From Lepidodermella squamata (lineage: Eukaryota; Animalia; Gastrotricha), in the NCBI GenBank assembly GCA_047495785.1, contig JBLDXI010000054.1, positions 558,001 through 622,000 of the forward strand: 64,000 bases of DNA. Direction: 5' to 3'. Below, one piece after another: positions 63,743 through 64,000 of the stretch; positions within the stretch are counted from its first letter, which is position 1; every line of letters starts with the position of its first letter. The translations under genes were made by a program, and so were the position numbers. The notes below the pieces were generated by a model. The model was not told where the DNA came from. It made no database searches and saw nothing but the letters and a program-made list of their open reading frames with translations.

Positions 63743-64000
63743 GTTTGTTTTAGCTATAGCGTCTTAACCGTCTAAGTCCGGCTGGTGTATGTGTAAGTCG
63801 CTTGGTGTTTTGGAAAGTTTCAAAAAAATGCCAAAAATGTGTGTTACTATTGTAACTTTAAAAAATGCTTGCGTTAACACAAGTCTTGAAATATTTTCAC
63901 CAATTTTTTTCATTTTGACCAAAAATGCCATTTTTACATGCCGAAACACAAGTGATTCGATAGATAGCCGAATTTTTCGCTTGTCGAAACACAAGTGATC

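Overview
Eukaryotic (metazoan-type) DNA with short spliceosomal introns, mostly ~45-60 bp, and many transposons; the organism cannot be named from this window. Two tandem gene families are interleaved. (1) Six minus-strand copies of a secreted protein with the layout signal peptide-[LamG/concanavalin-A-like jellyroll + EGF]x1-2-EGF-Cys-rich tail. Four look intact, one is a pseudogene and one is split by a transposon. (2) Six plus-strand copies or remnants of a divergent multi-homeodomain gene with up to ~9 homeodomains, none showing the canonical Asn51. Mobile elements include Jockey-like and CR1-like LINEs, an RLE-type LINE 3' fragment, a tRNA-derived SINE, several MITEs, a complete 7.6-kb EnSpm/CMC DNA transposon, and two copies of a ~4-kb TIR-less element that inserts at GAT(T). 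The most unexpected feature is a pair of canonical type I hammerhead ribozymes on the sense strand inside an intron of the EnSpm transposase gene, enclosed by a 12-bp inverted repeat. All calls are by eye; exon boundaries are inferred from paralog comparison and GT-AG signals.
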